Assembly: GCA_965371725.1 (NCBI GenBank)
Contig: CBDUZO010000001.1
Coordinates: 13,123-77,122 of the forward strand
Source of the DNA: an uncultured Phycisphaerales bacterium
Lineage (GTDB): Bacteria; Planctomycetota; Phycisphaerae; UBA1845
Reading direction: 5' to 3'
DNA: 64,000 bases
A program made the position numbers and the translations under genes. Position 1 is the stretch's first letter; every line of letters starts with the position of its first letter. This document shows positions 53,264 to 62,252 of this stretch, one piece after another. The notes beneath the pieces were generated by a model. The model was not told where the DNA came from. It was given only the letters and a program-made list of their open reading frames with translations, and did not search any database.

Positions 53264-54316
53264 TCAGATCTCCTCCGCGAGCTGGTTGTAGATCTCGACC
53301 GAACTGATCTTGGCCGTACAGGCACGATCACATCGACCGCACCCCACACACCCGGGCAGGCCTTCCCGCTCCTTTACCCATTTCGCCTTTCGGTAGATGC
53401 GATGACGAAGACGGGCAGCCGCCTTCTCCCGGAAGTTGTGATCGCCGGCGACAACGGCAAAATTCCGAAGCTGACAGCCATCCCACTCTCGCTTGCGCGT
53501 GCCGGCCACAAGCGACATCTCCAGCTCGTCATACGTGTTGAAACAGTAGCAGGTCGGGCAACTCAGGTTGCAGCTCCCGCACGAGTAGCATCGTCGGGCC
53601 GTTGCCTCCCAGAGGAGTGAGTCGTAGCTGCGGTCCAGCAGATCGGGCAAGGTATTCACGTCATAAGGGATTTTCGCCGGAAACGCCCGGTCCTTGTCAG
53701 CCAGGTATTGTTCGAAGCTGCGTTCGTCCTCAACCGTGGGCGGCCCGCCCGCCTGGGAGTAAAGGACGAACTCCCGTCCCGCGTCGGTCCCGAAGACAAT
53801 CCCGTACCGGACGTCGTCCGATCCGCCATTCGGTGGCAGCGGATGACACATCAGGTCGGACCCCTCGGGGGCCTTGTTGGCTCGCATGTCGCGGCAGAAA
53901 ACACCGTCGGTGCACGGTGCAGAGCAGTCGATCCCGACGATGAATGTCTGCCTTCGTCGAGAAAGGTAATGCTCATCGCGGTTCGTGTTGGCGAAGACGT
54001 GGTCCAGCAGGCGAATCGCATTGATATCGCAAGGGTGCACGCCCACGAGCGCCAACGGGGTTTCGTCGTACACCGGGCTCGTTTCGAACGCACCCGGCCC
54101 CGTCTTGAACGTAAACAGGGCCTGATGGGCGGGAAACAGCGCCGCCTTGGGGCTATAGACGCAGTACTTGAAGTCAAGGTCCAGCTTGCTCGCTCGATCA
54201 ACGGGCTCGTAGAGATGGCGGTCGAACCGCTTTACCGGACCAACAATCCGGCGGGAAAGCGCAAGCTCATCGACAAGTTGGAGAAGCCGGTTTCGCGATA
54301 CAACGCGGTCGAGCAT
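53264..54316 (-). CDS. Hydrogenase beta subunit: 4Fe-4S dicluster protein (AsrA/HydB-like)
   Basis: The start is moved to ATG 54316 (MLDRVVSRNRLLQLVDEL, with AGGAG 10 nt upstream). Cys motifs: CYSCGSCNLSCPTCYC and CVGCGRCDRAC. Confidence 0.85.
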   Translation of the reverse strand: MLDRVVSRNRLLQLVDELALSRRIVGPVKRFDRHLYEPVDRASKLDLDFKYCVYSPKAALFPAHQALFTFKTGPGAFETSPVYDETPLALVGVHPCDINAIRLLDHVFANTNRDEHYLSRRRQTFIVGIDCSAPCTDGVFCRDMRANKAPEGSDLMCHPLPPNGGSDDVRYGIVFGTDAGREFVLYSQAGGPPTVEDERSFEQYLADKDRAFPAKIPYDVNTLPDLLDRSYDSLLWEATARRCYSCGSCNLSCPTCYCFNTYDELEMSLVAGTRKREWDGCQLRNFAVVAGDHNFREKAAARLRHRIYRKAKWVKEREGLPGCVGCGRCDRACTAKISSVEIYNQLAEEI

Positions 54317-54474
54317 CGGTCTCTGCTCCTGAGTAACCGGTTTGGCCGTCGTTGAACGAACACACCACGATGGACGGTAGAACCGGGGCTGCCAACGCCC
54401 GCGACCCACGATCACGGAAGGTCACGCCGACCGCCACACGCCCTTGGCCACATGAAAGGCAAGGATCCCTGCCG

Positions 54475-55974
54475 TCAATCCTGTGTCTCGGCGGCAGGTG
54501 ACGTGGGTTTGCGCAATGTCGTCGTCCGAGTCCCACGTACCGCCGAATTTGGCGTGTCGTGCCTCGGGAACCTCAGCGTAAACTCAGATCCTTCACCCAG
54601 GACGGATCGCACGTCAATCCGTCCGTGCGCCTGCTCGACGACCTCCCGGACAATCGCCAAACCCAACCCTGATCCGGGGATACCGGCTGCCAAGGCCAGG
54701 TTGCCCCGCCGAAACGGGTCGAAGAGGTCGTCCGCCGAACCCTCTGCAATTCCCATTCCAGTGTCCTTCACGGAGATGACCACGGTGCCCAAATCGCCCG
54801 AAGTGGTGATCAGGACGGAGCCGCCCTGCGGCGTGTATTTGATCGCGTTGTCGACAAGGTTGGCCAGGCAATCTTCGAGATCACGTGCCTCGACCGCGAC
54901 GCGTGCGGGACCCGTGACGGTCGAGTCGGCGCGCATGTCGATGTCTTTGGCACTCGCGTGGTCCGCGAACTGCTCCGCCACCTTTGCGACAACCTGGTGG
55001 ACATCGGTGGACGCCTGCCGATGCTCGGAAACGGGCACGTCCTGGACACGAGCCAGCGTGAGCAACTCGGTGACCTGCACGATCGCCTGTCGACAACGAG
55101 CGATAATCCTCGCCACAATGCCCTGCACCGCGTCCGCGTCGACCACACGGTCGCGAATCAGCCCGGCGAGGGTCTCAATGCCGGCCAGGGGCCCCTTAAG
55201 CTGATGGGCGGCTGTCAACATGAACCGCGATCGCCGCCCTTGGAGATCCTGGATCGCCGTTTGGCTACGCATGAGGTTCGCGTTCGCAATCTGCAGGTCC
55301 CGTTCCTGGGCGTCGAGTCGATGCGATATCTGGTACGTGAAATACAACGTTCCCGCCACGCCCGCCGCCAGCACGCCGATCCCGCACAGGACGTAGGTCC
55401 AATCCGTGTGCAACTGGGAATCCGCAGTCGAGGCCAAAAAAGGATAATGAGGCTGTATCAGGCCCACGCACTCCCCCACCCCCAGCGCACTGTACAACAG
55501 AAGTGCCCAGCACCCCTGGAGCGAGGCATTCCAGGGCGTCAGCAGGAGCACGGAGATCAGCATGTGGAACAGGTAGAAGACCGACATCGGGTTCTCGATG
55601 CCGCCTGAGTAGCGAAGGATCACGGTCAACAGCAGGAGATCGACCGTCATCTGGGCGTTGGCGAACAATGTGACGCGACGCACGACCGCCGGTACGATCG
55701 CGTCATCGTCCATGTCCTCCGTCAGCACAGTCCGCCCGACAACCGTCCACGCCAAGTTCACCAGCGCGAGCACGATAATGCACAACGGAAGCTGCGCGGG
55801 TCTATGAAAGTCGGGAACCTGAAGCGCTTCCACCACCAGAAATGGGATCGTGGCCAGGGCGACGAGCCACCGGACGCGGATGAACCAGTGATGGCGCACC
55901 ATCGCAAGCAGAACGCCGATGCGAAGCGTCCCATAAGGAAGGAGGCGAGGAGTCAGGCTTCTGTTGCCATGCAT
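54475..55974 (-). CDS. Membrane sensor histidine kinase
   Basis: 499-aa ORF with about 6-7 N-terminal TM segments. H-box LTAAHQLKGPLAGI. HATPase boxes LVDNAIKYT, VKDTGMGI, GSGLGLAIV. Confidence 0.85.
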   Translation of the reverse strand: MHGNRSLTPRLLPYGTLRIGVLLAMVRHHWFIRVRWLVALATIPFLVVEALQVPDFHRPAQLPLCIIVLALVNLAWTVVGRTVLTEDMDDDAIVPAVVRRVTLFANAQMTVDLLLLTVILRYSGGIENPMSVFYLFHMLISVLLLTPWNASLQGCWALLLYSALGVGECVGLIQPHYPFLASTADSQLHTDWTYVLCGIGVLAAGVAGTLYFTYQISHRLDAQERDLQIANANLMRSQTAIQDLQGRRSRFMLTAAHQLKGPLAGIETLAGLIRDRVVDADAVQGIVARIIARCRQAIVQVTELLTLARVQDVPVSEHRQASTDVHQVVAKVAEQFADHASAKDIDMRADSTVTGPARVAVEARDLEDCLANLVDNAIKYTPQGGSVLITTSGDLGTVVISVKDTGMGIAEGSADDLFDPFRRGNLALAAGIPGSGLGLAIVREVVEQAHGRIDVRSVLGEGSEFTLRFPRHDTPNSAVRGTRTTTLRKPTSPAAETQD

Positions 55975-55998
55975 GGCTGCTGCGGCAGATCAAGGAAC

Positions 55999-56400
55999 CT
56001 ATGGGTTGTCCCGCTTCGCAAGGGCTTCCCGGACCGCTTCGAGCACGACGTCGACCTTGAGCGGTTTGTCCAGGAACTTCTCAGCCGGGACGTAGTCGCT
56101 TCCAAGCTCCTTGGCATAGTCCATCCCCATGGTCTGGCCTATCGCCGAGATCATGATGATCGGAATCTTCGCGATCGCCTCGTCCTTCTTCAGCTCATAC
56201 GCGAGGTGAAACCCCTCCGTGGGAGAGGCCAGCATGATGTCCAAAAGGATCACATCAGGAGGCTCAGCCTGAATGGCCGCCGTCCCTTCAGGCCCGGTCG
56301 AGCAACAGGTCAACCGGTAGCCGGCCGGTTCCAGCATGAGCGTTAGGGCTTCACGCACGTCCGGATCATCGTCGATGATTATGATATGTTCACCCGCCAT
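55999..56400 (-). CDS. Stand-alone response-regulator receiver (CheY-like)
   Basis: The start is moved to ATG 56400 (MAGEHIIIIDDDPDV). Phospho-acceptor context VILLDIML, IIMISA, KFLDKP. No output domain. Confidence 0.85.
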   Translation of the reverse strand: MAGEHIIIIDDDPDVREALTLMLEPAGYRLTCCSTGPEGTAAIQAEPPDVILLDIMLASPTEGFHLAYELKKDEAIAKIPIIMISAIGQTMGMDYAKELGSDYVPAEKFLDKPLKVDVVLEAVREALAKRDNP

Positions 56401-56520
56401 TGCTCGAGTCTCCCGGCAGGAGGATCGCACGGCTTCCAACTGCGCCGGACGTTCCATCGCGCCGGCCAGCCGCTCCGACATCATAAGCGCACGCCCGCCC
56501 TCTGGCGAGCAAGAATCCGT

Positions 56521-56537
56521 TGGCACGGCACGTGCCA
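56521..56537. promoter_or_regulatory. Palindromic TGGCA-N7-TGCCA site readable as a sigma-54 -24/-12 element on both strands
   Basis: TGGCACGGCACGTGCCA. The plus strand reads TGGCAC-N5-GTGC and the minus strand TGGCAC-N5-GTGC, each with GG/GC at canonical spacing. It lies between the divergent receiver genes (starts 56400 and 56674). Confidence 0.4.
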
Positions 56538-56673
56538 CCCCACTTAGTGAGTGCGGAGACCCTGTCCAAAGAGCCTATCCTGCCGGCACCGGGCAACGAC
56601 GGGCCGCCGCAGAGGTTGGACAGACGCCCCGAAGGCGCCTGGCGGCGGGGATTGTCAGCCGAGCTGGAAGGCG

Positions 56674-57108
56674 ATGAGCAAGATGGACAAAGTCCTCGTA
56701 ATCGATGACGACGACGACTATCGCGCGTCGGCGCGGGCGTTGCTCGAAAGCGAAGGGTACGAGGTGGTCGAGGCCTGCGGCGGTCGAGAAGGGCTGGCCG
56801 CCGCGCTTACACACCGCCCCGATGTGATCGTATTGGACGTCATGATGGAGGGCCTGCAAGACGGGTACTCAGTCAATCAGGCGATCAAGTTCGCACCGGA
56901 GTACCGCGACTTGGCGAACACACCGATCCTCATGGTGTCGTCGATGGAACTGCCCCCGGATAGGCTCCTTGGTTGGATCGGCGATACGTCCCGGATCACG
57001 CCGGATGCTTATCTGGCCAAGCCCATCGACATCCCGGCGTTCCTTGACTGTATCCGAAGATTGCTGGCGGGATCGGGGCGGCCGACGCCCGCAGAACCGG
57101 CGGATTAG
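56674..57108 (+). CDS. Stand-alone response-regulator receiver (CheY-like), paralog A
   Basis: The start is moved to ATG 56674 (or 56683). Matches: VLVIDDDDDYRASARALLESEGYEV, VIVLDVMM, ILMVSS, AYLAKP. Confidence 0.85.
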   Translation: MSKMDKVLVIDDDDDYRASARALLESEGYEVVEACGGREGLAAALTHRPDVIVLDVMMEGLQDGYSVNQAIKFAPEYRDLANTPILMVSSMELPPDRLLGWIGDTSRITPDAYLAKPIDIPAFLDCIRRLLAGSGRPTPAEPAD

Positions 57109-57336
57109 ATGCAACGGGACCCCCCGGAAGCGGATGTCCGGGTTCGTGTCGGTCCAGGTTGACGTTCTCAACTTCCAGGGCTAGGGTGCCTTGAACCTGG
57201 GAAATGTGCGCGGGGTTGAGCTTGCCCATGACGGATCATCGCTGTTGGCGGGTTTCCTCCCTCATCGTACCGCGTGATGCCCGATCATCGGCGAGGCCCC
57301 CCCGCCGCTTGGATGCTGATTCTTGACACGGAGACC

Positions 57337-57756
57337 ATGCCCATGTCGGCAGAGGCAGAATCCAAAACCAGAATCCTGATCATCGACGACGATGCCGATT
57401 ACCGCGCCTCGACTCGCGCGTTGCTCGAAGGCGAGGGGTACGAGGTGGCGGAGGCGAACAGCGGCCGCGCAGGCCTCGAAGCCGCGCAAACGAACCGGCC
57501 CGATCTGATCGTCCTTGACGTCATGATGGAGAGCCCGGTTGAAGGATATTCGGTCGTCCAGGCGCTCAAATCCCACAACGGAGACGACAGCGCGCGCCAG
57601 GTTCCCGTCATCATGGTCTCCTCGATTAGCGATGACCCCGCCAGCCGGTATCCGATGGCCGGCGAGGTCGGCATGATTACGCCCGATGCGTACATGACCA
57701 AACCACTCGATATCCCGCAATTCCTGCAATGCGTGCAACGTATGTTGGACACCTAG
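57337..57756 (+). CDS. Stand-alone response-regulator receiver (CheY-like), paralog B
   Basis: The start is moved to ATG 57337 (or 57343). Matches: ILIIDDDADYRASTRALLEGEGYEV, LIVLDVMM, VIMVSS, AYMTKP. It is clearly similar to paralog A at the nucleotide level too. Confidence 0.85.
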   Translation: MPMSAEAESKTRILIIDDDADYRASTRALLEGEGYEVAEANSGRAGLEAAQTNRPDLIVLDVMMESPVEGYSVVQALKSHNGDDSARQVPVIMVSSISDDPASRYPMAGEVGMITPDAYMTKPLDIPQFLQCVQRMLDT

Positions 57757-57922
57757 GCGTGCAGCCCTCAGCGGCCTGGAATCAGGCACCGGGCTCGAGC
57801 GCAGTCACGTCTTACGGTCTGACGGCCCGACGCGGCGTATTCACGGCCGTCCGAGGCGTAGACCGCCGGCGTCCATTCCGGAGGCCGAGACCCCAAGGGT
57901 CGTTGGAGCGGAGTCAGCGGAC

Positions 57923-59044
57923 ATGAGTGCGGGGATCACGGACGACACACCCATCATCGTCATCGACGACGATCCAGCCATGCGCCGCGCCTGTGAGGCG
58001 GCACTGAAGCGTGCGGGCTACAAAGTCGAAACATTCCCGGATGGTCCCTCGGGATTAGCGCGGATTCAGGAGGCAAACCCTGACCTGATCATCGTTGACC
58101 TGAAGATGCCGGGGATGGACGGCATGGAAGTCATCGAGAAGGTCAAGCAAAGCAACCCGGATGTGGTCGCCATCGTGATCACAGGCTTTGCGACGGTCAC
58201 CACGGCCGTCGATGCGATGAAAGTCGGCGCCTACGACTTCCTCCCCAAACCGTTTACCGCCGAGGAGCTCCGCGTCATCCTCTCGCGCGGTATGGAGCAC
58301 CGACGGCTCGTGATGGAGACCCAGCGACTGCGCAAGGAGAAGGAGACACAGGCCCGCAAGTTCGTCACCTTCGTTTCTCATCAGTTGAAGTCCCCCCTCG
58401 GAGCGGTTCAGCAATATCTCGATGTGCTGTGTTATCAGTCTGGTGATGAGCTTCCGGAGCGGCAGCGTCAGTGGATCAGCCGCTCGAGCGCAAAGATCGC
58501 CGGGATGCTGCAGGTAATCAATGACTGGCTGACGATCTCCAAGGTCGAGGGAGGACAATTGGCGACGGAGCGAAAGCCGGTACGATGGCAGGAGCTTGCG
58601 CCCGACGTGGTGGAGACGGTTGCGGCCGCCGATGACCGAAACGTTGTGATCCGCAACGAGCTGTCGGATGACCTTCCACCTGTGATTGGAGATGCCATAG
58701 CCCTTCGAATGTTGTTGGCCAACCTGGTCAACAATGCCGTCAAATACAATCATCCGGACGGCCAGGTATGGATCAAAGGTGACAGCGACGATCGGACGGT
58801 CACTCTGTCGGTCACTGACAGCGGCCCGGGCATCAGCGCCGAGGACCGGGAGCACATTTTCGAGGAGTTCTATCGTATCCAGGGCGGGGGTGCGGGCGGT
58901 ACGGGCATGGGGTTGCCCATTTGCCGAAAGATCGCCGAGGAGTTGGGTGGACGGATCACGCTCACCAGCAGCCCCGGTGAAGGCTCGACCTTCACTGTTG
59001 CGCTTCCGCAAGCCACAACCGACGACGCGGCCGACGGACAATGA
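57923..59044 (+). CDS. Hybrid protein: N-terminal receiver + histidine kinase (HisKA + HATPase)
   Basis: REC: IIVIDDDPAMRR, LIIVDLKMPGMDG, VIVITG, DFLPKP. H-box FVSHQLKSPLGAV. HATPase boxes LVNNAVKYN, VTDSGPGI, GTGMGLPICRKI. Confidence 0.9.
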   Translation: MSAGITDDTPIIVIDDDPAMRRACEAALKRAGYKVETFPDGPSGLARIQEANPDLIIVDLKMPGMDGMEVIEKVKQSNPDVVAIVITGFATVTTAVDAMKVGAYDFLPKPFTAEELRVILSRGMEHRRLVMETQRLRKEKETQARKFVTFVSHQLKSPLGAVQQYLDVLCYQSGDELPERQRQWISRSSAKIAGMLQVINDWLTISKVEGGQLATERKPVRWQELAPDVVETVAAADDRNVVIRNELSDDLPPVIGDAIALRMLLANLVNNAVKYNHPDGQVWIKGDSDDRTVTLSVTDSGPGISAEDREHIFEEFYRIQGGGAGGTGMGLPICRKIAEELGGRITLTSSPGEGSTFTVALPQATTDDAADGQ

Positions 59045-59051
59045 TACTCTG

Positions 59052-61100
59052 ATGGAACCCGCACGCTGGACACATTCACTGACGTCTCGCATCGTAATCA
59101 GCTACTCGCTGATCCTGATTCTGGGCGGTCTGTCCACGTCAATCATCGGAATCCACGTGACCGGTCAGGCCTTGCTGCAACAGGCCGGACAGCAAACCGC
59201 GTTCGGATTATCGCTCGCGCGGACCATTTATTCCCACCGCACGGAAGAGCTGCGCCAGGTCGTCGACATGGTAGCCTCGAGCACGCGGCTTCAAGACGCG
59301 ACGACAGCCGGTGATCCGTCAACTGCCGCGGGATACTTGGATCAGGTCCGACGAGAACATGGTCTGGACTTCCTATCGGTCACCGATGCAGCCGGTGAGG
59401 TGATCCTGCGAACGTCCGGCCTCGGCAGCACGGGTGACAACGTAACCGGTGTTACGCCGATCGATCGCGCCCTTCAAGGTGATCCGGCATCCGGGACGGA
59501 ACTCATTCCTCTGCGAATCCTTCAGATGGAAGGACCGGACCTGGCAGAACAGACGGTCGTCAGACTCTCGTCCGACGCCGAGTCGCGCTCTACCGCTCAG
59601 GGTGTGAATCCGGCGAGCAAGGCGGGGATGGCGCTGCTCGCGGCGGCGCCGGTCAGGAACGAAGACGGCCGGATCATGGCGGTCGTCTACGCCGGTCAGG
59701 TTCTGAATGAGTCGAACGTCCACCGCCGCAAGGGAAAGACCCGAACGCTTGTCGATCAGATTGACGCAGCCATGGCACCCAACTCGAACACTCCGACGCG
59801 GTATCGTGTTACGGCCACGGTCTTTCAGGATGATGTGCGCGTTTCCACGACGGTTGTCGGCGCGGACGGGCGAGCGGTTGTCGGTACACAAGCGACACCG
59901 GAAGTCTACGCTGCCGTGATGAGGCAAGGCGGACCGCGGAGTGAGCGGGCACTTATCGCCGGCGAATCGTACATCACGGCCTACGAACCGATCACGAACC
60001 TGGCCGGCGAGCGGATCGGAATGCTCGCGGTCGGGTTGTCGACGCAACCGTTCACGGCCGTCCGCGACAGAGTAACCCTCAGTTTTGCCGGCATCGCGCT
60101 GTTCTGCTTCCTGTTGATTGTCGTCGTGACCTACTTCCTGACGCGTAGCCTGGTCCGCCCGGTCGAGGAGATGGTCTCCGTTTCGCAAAGCATCGCAGCC
60201 GGCGACCTGAGCCGACGCGTGCGAGCAACCACCGATCGAAGTGAGCTGGGGTTGCTGTCCGCTTCCTTTAACAACATGCTCGATCGCATCAGTCGCATGA
60301 AGGTCGAGCTGGAGGAGTGGGGCAAGACCCTCGAGCAAAAGGTCCAGGAGCGATCGGAGCAGTTGTCCAGCGTTCAGGCACAGGCAGCCCGTCAGGAACG
60401 ATTGGCATCGGTCGGCCAGCTCGCAGCAGGTGTGGCCCATGAAATCAACAATCCTCTCGGCGGCATCTTGACCTTCGCATCGCTTGTGGCGGAGGACCTC
60501 CGGCCGGACGATTCGCATCGCGAGGATCTCGAGGAGATTGTCCGACAGGCGGTCCGGTGCCGCAAGATTGTCACCGGACTGCTTGAGTTCTCCCGTCAGC
60601 GCGAGACGGACATGGCCCCGGCGAACGTCAATCAGGTCCTCGCCCGCACGCTCGCGCTGCTGGAGACCCAGGCCATTTTCCATGACGTGAAGGTCGCCCG
60701 AAGGTTCGATCCGAACATGCCAACGACCGTCATGGACGAGTCACAGATGCAGCAAGTCTTCATGAACATCATCCTCAATGCGGTTGACGCCATGGATGGA
60801 CACGGTTCCATCACGATCGAGACACGTCACAGTAAGGAACGCGGGGAGCTACTTGTCCGAATCAGCGATACTGGATGCGGGATTCCCGACGACATCCGCG
60901 AGTCGATCTTCGATCCGTTCTTCACGACCAAGGACCCGGGGAAGGGCACGGGTTTGGGATTGGCGGTTGCCTGGAAGATCGTCCAGGCCCACGGCGGGCG
61001 GACCGAAGTTGAGAGTACGGTCGGGAAGGGAACCGTGTTCACCATACTCCTGCCGTTCGACGCTGAGAATGCCTCGACTGAGACATCGCCCAATACCTGA
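59052..61100 (+). CDS. Sensor histidine kinase with a periplasmic (Cache-like) sensor, HAMP, HisKA and HATPase domains
   Basis: The start is moved to ATG 59052 (MEPARWTHSLTSRIVISYSLILILGG), 8 nt after the previous stop. The second TM is IALFCFLLIVVVTYFL. HAMP: LVRPVEEMVSVSQSIAAGDLSRRV...SFNNML. H-box GVAHEINNPLGGI. G-boxes SDTGCGIP, GTGLGLAVA. Confidence 0.9.
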   Translation: MEPARWTHSLTSRIVISYSLILILGGLSTSIIGIHVTGQALLQQAGQQTAFGLSLARTIYSHRTEELRQVVDMVASSTRLQDATTAGDPSTAAGYLDQVRREHGLDFLSVTDAAGEVILRTSGLGSTGDNVTGVTPIDRALQGDPASGTELIPLRILQMEGPDLAEQTVVRLSSDAESRSTAQGVNPASKAGMALLAAAPVRNEDGRIMAVVYAGQVLNESNVHRRKGKTRTLVDQIDAAMAPNSNTPTRYRVTATVFQDDVRVSTTVVGADGRAVVGTQATPEVYAAVMRQGGPRSERALIAGESYITAYEPITNLAGERIGMLAVGLSTQPFTAVRDRVTLSFAGIALFCFLLIVVVTYFLTRSLVRPVEEMVSVSQSIAAGDLSRRVRATTDRSELGLLSASFNNMLDRISRMKVELEEWGKTLEQKVQERSEQLSSVQAQAARQERLASVGQLAAGVAHEINNPLGGILTFASLVAEDLRPDDSHREDLEEIVRQAVRCRKIVTGLLEFSRQRETDMAPANVNQVLARTLALLETQAIFHDVKVARRFDPNMPTTVMDESQMQQVFMNIILNAVDAMDGHGSITIETRHSKERGELLVRISDTGCGIPDDIRESIFDPFFTTKDPGKGTGLGLAVAWKIVQAHGGRTEVESTVGKGTVFTILLPFDAENASTETSPNT

Positions 61101-61196
61101 ATCGTTCGGGAATCCACCACCTCTGGCGGTAAGAATTGAAAAGCCGCTTCGCCGTTCTTCATTCGGCGCTGATACGTCCCCACAAGTCGCCATGCG

Positions 61197-62207
61197 CTAT
61201 TCGCATCGTCCCACGGCCAGGACGGCCGCCCCGGAGATCCCGCCCGTCTTAAGCGCCAGCAAGGCCTCATTGGCCCGTTCGAGAGGGAAAACCGTTGTCG
61301 ATGTACGAATCGGAATCTCGGCTGCCAGCGCCAGAAGCTCCTCACCATCGCGGCGCGTGGAGTTGGCTACACTGCGGACGCATCGTTCGTCATAGAGATG
61401 ACGTGTGTAGTCCATCGGCGGGATATCGCTCATGTAAATGCCGGCGAGCGCGAGCGTCCCGCCTCGTTCAAGAACCTCAAGGGCAGCAGGAACAAGCGGT
61501 CCCGCCGGCGCGAAGATGACAGAGGCATGCATCTTCGCACCCGGATCATCATCAGCACCGCCGGCCCATACCGCGCCAAGTGACCGGGCCAGTTCGCGGT
61601 TGGCCTCGCTACGAGTGAAAACGTACACCTCACAACCCCAATGTGTCGCCACCTGAATCGCGATGTGGGCGGAAGCGCCGAAACCGTACAAACCGAGACG
61701 TTGCCCCGGCTGAATCCCGCTCAATCGCAATGCTCGATAGCCGATGATGCCACCGCACAGCAACGGCGCCACCTGCTCGTCAGGGAACCCGTCGGGAACC
61801 GCGTAGGCAAACGCCTCCGGGACCGTGGCGTATTCCGCATACCCACCGTTGGCGTTCCATCCGGTGAACCGGGCCTGGCCGCACAGGTTCTCTCGATCCG
61901 TGGAACAGAAGTGACAACTTCCGCACGTTTCGTGAAGCCACGCGACCCCAACACGATCACCGATCTTGAACCGACCCGCCGCCGCACCAAGGTCGGCAAC
62001 GGTCCCGACGATCTGATGCCCCGGAATGACCGTCGAGCGCTTCATCGGCAGCTCACCTTCAACTTCGTGCAAGTCCGTGCGACAGACGCCGCACACATGC
62101 ACCTTCACCAGAAGCTCATTGGCTTGTGGCTTGGGTGTGTCGAGCTCCACGTGGCGGAGCGGCGCCGTTTCGATGGGACCGGGGTTTTCAAGCAGCATGG
62201 CGTTCAT
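61197..62207 (-). CDS. Zinc-dependent alcohol dehydrogenase family oxidoreductase
   Basis: 336-aa ORF. Catalytic Zn string VCGVCRTDLHEVEG. Structural Zn cysteines CGSCHFCSTDRENLC. Rossmann loop GLYGFGASAH. Confidence 0.9.
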   Translation of the reverse strand: MNAMLLENPGPIETAPLRHVELDTPKPQANELLVKVHVCGVCRTDLHEVEGELPMKRSTVIPGHQIVGTVADLGAAAGRFKIGDRVGVAWLHETCGSCHFCSTDRENLCGQARFTGWNANGGYAEYATVPEAFAYAVPDGFPDEQVAPLLCGGIIGYRALRLSGIQPGQRLGLYGFGASAHIAIQVATHWGCEVYVFTRSEANRELARSLGAVWAGGADDDPGAKMHASVIFAPAGPLVPAALEVLERGGTLALAGIYMSDIPPMDYTRHLYDERCVRSVANSTRRDGEELLALAAEIPIRTSTTVFPLERANEALLALKTGGISGAAVLAVGRCE

Positions 62208-62217
62208 GGGAGAGTCA

Positions 62218-62252
62218 TCAGTTGTCAGTTTTCAGTAATCAGTCGTCAGTAG
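62218..62252. repeat. Five phased heptamers (TCAGTNN)x5
   Basis: TCAGTTG TCAGTTT TCAGTAA TCAGTCG TCAGTAG. On the ADH sense strand this reads ..ACTGA every 7 nt, spanning -11 to -45 relative to the ADH start codon (62207). Confidence 0.85.
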
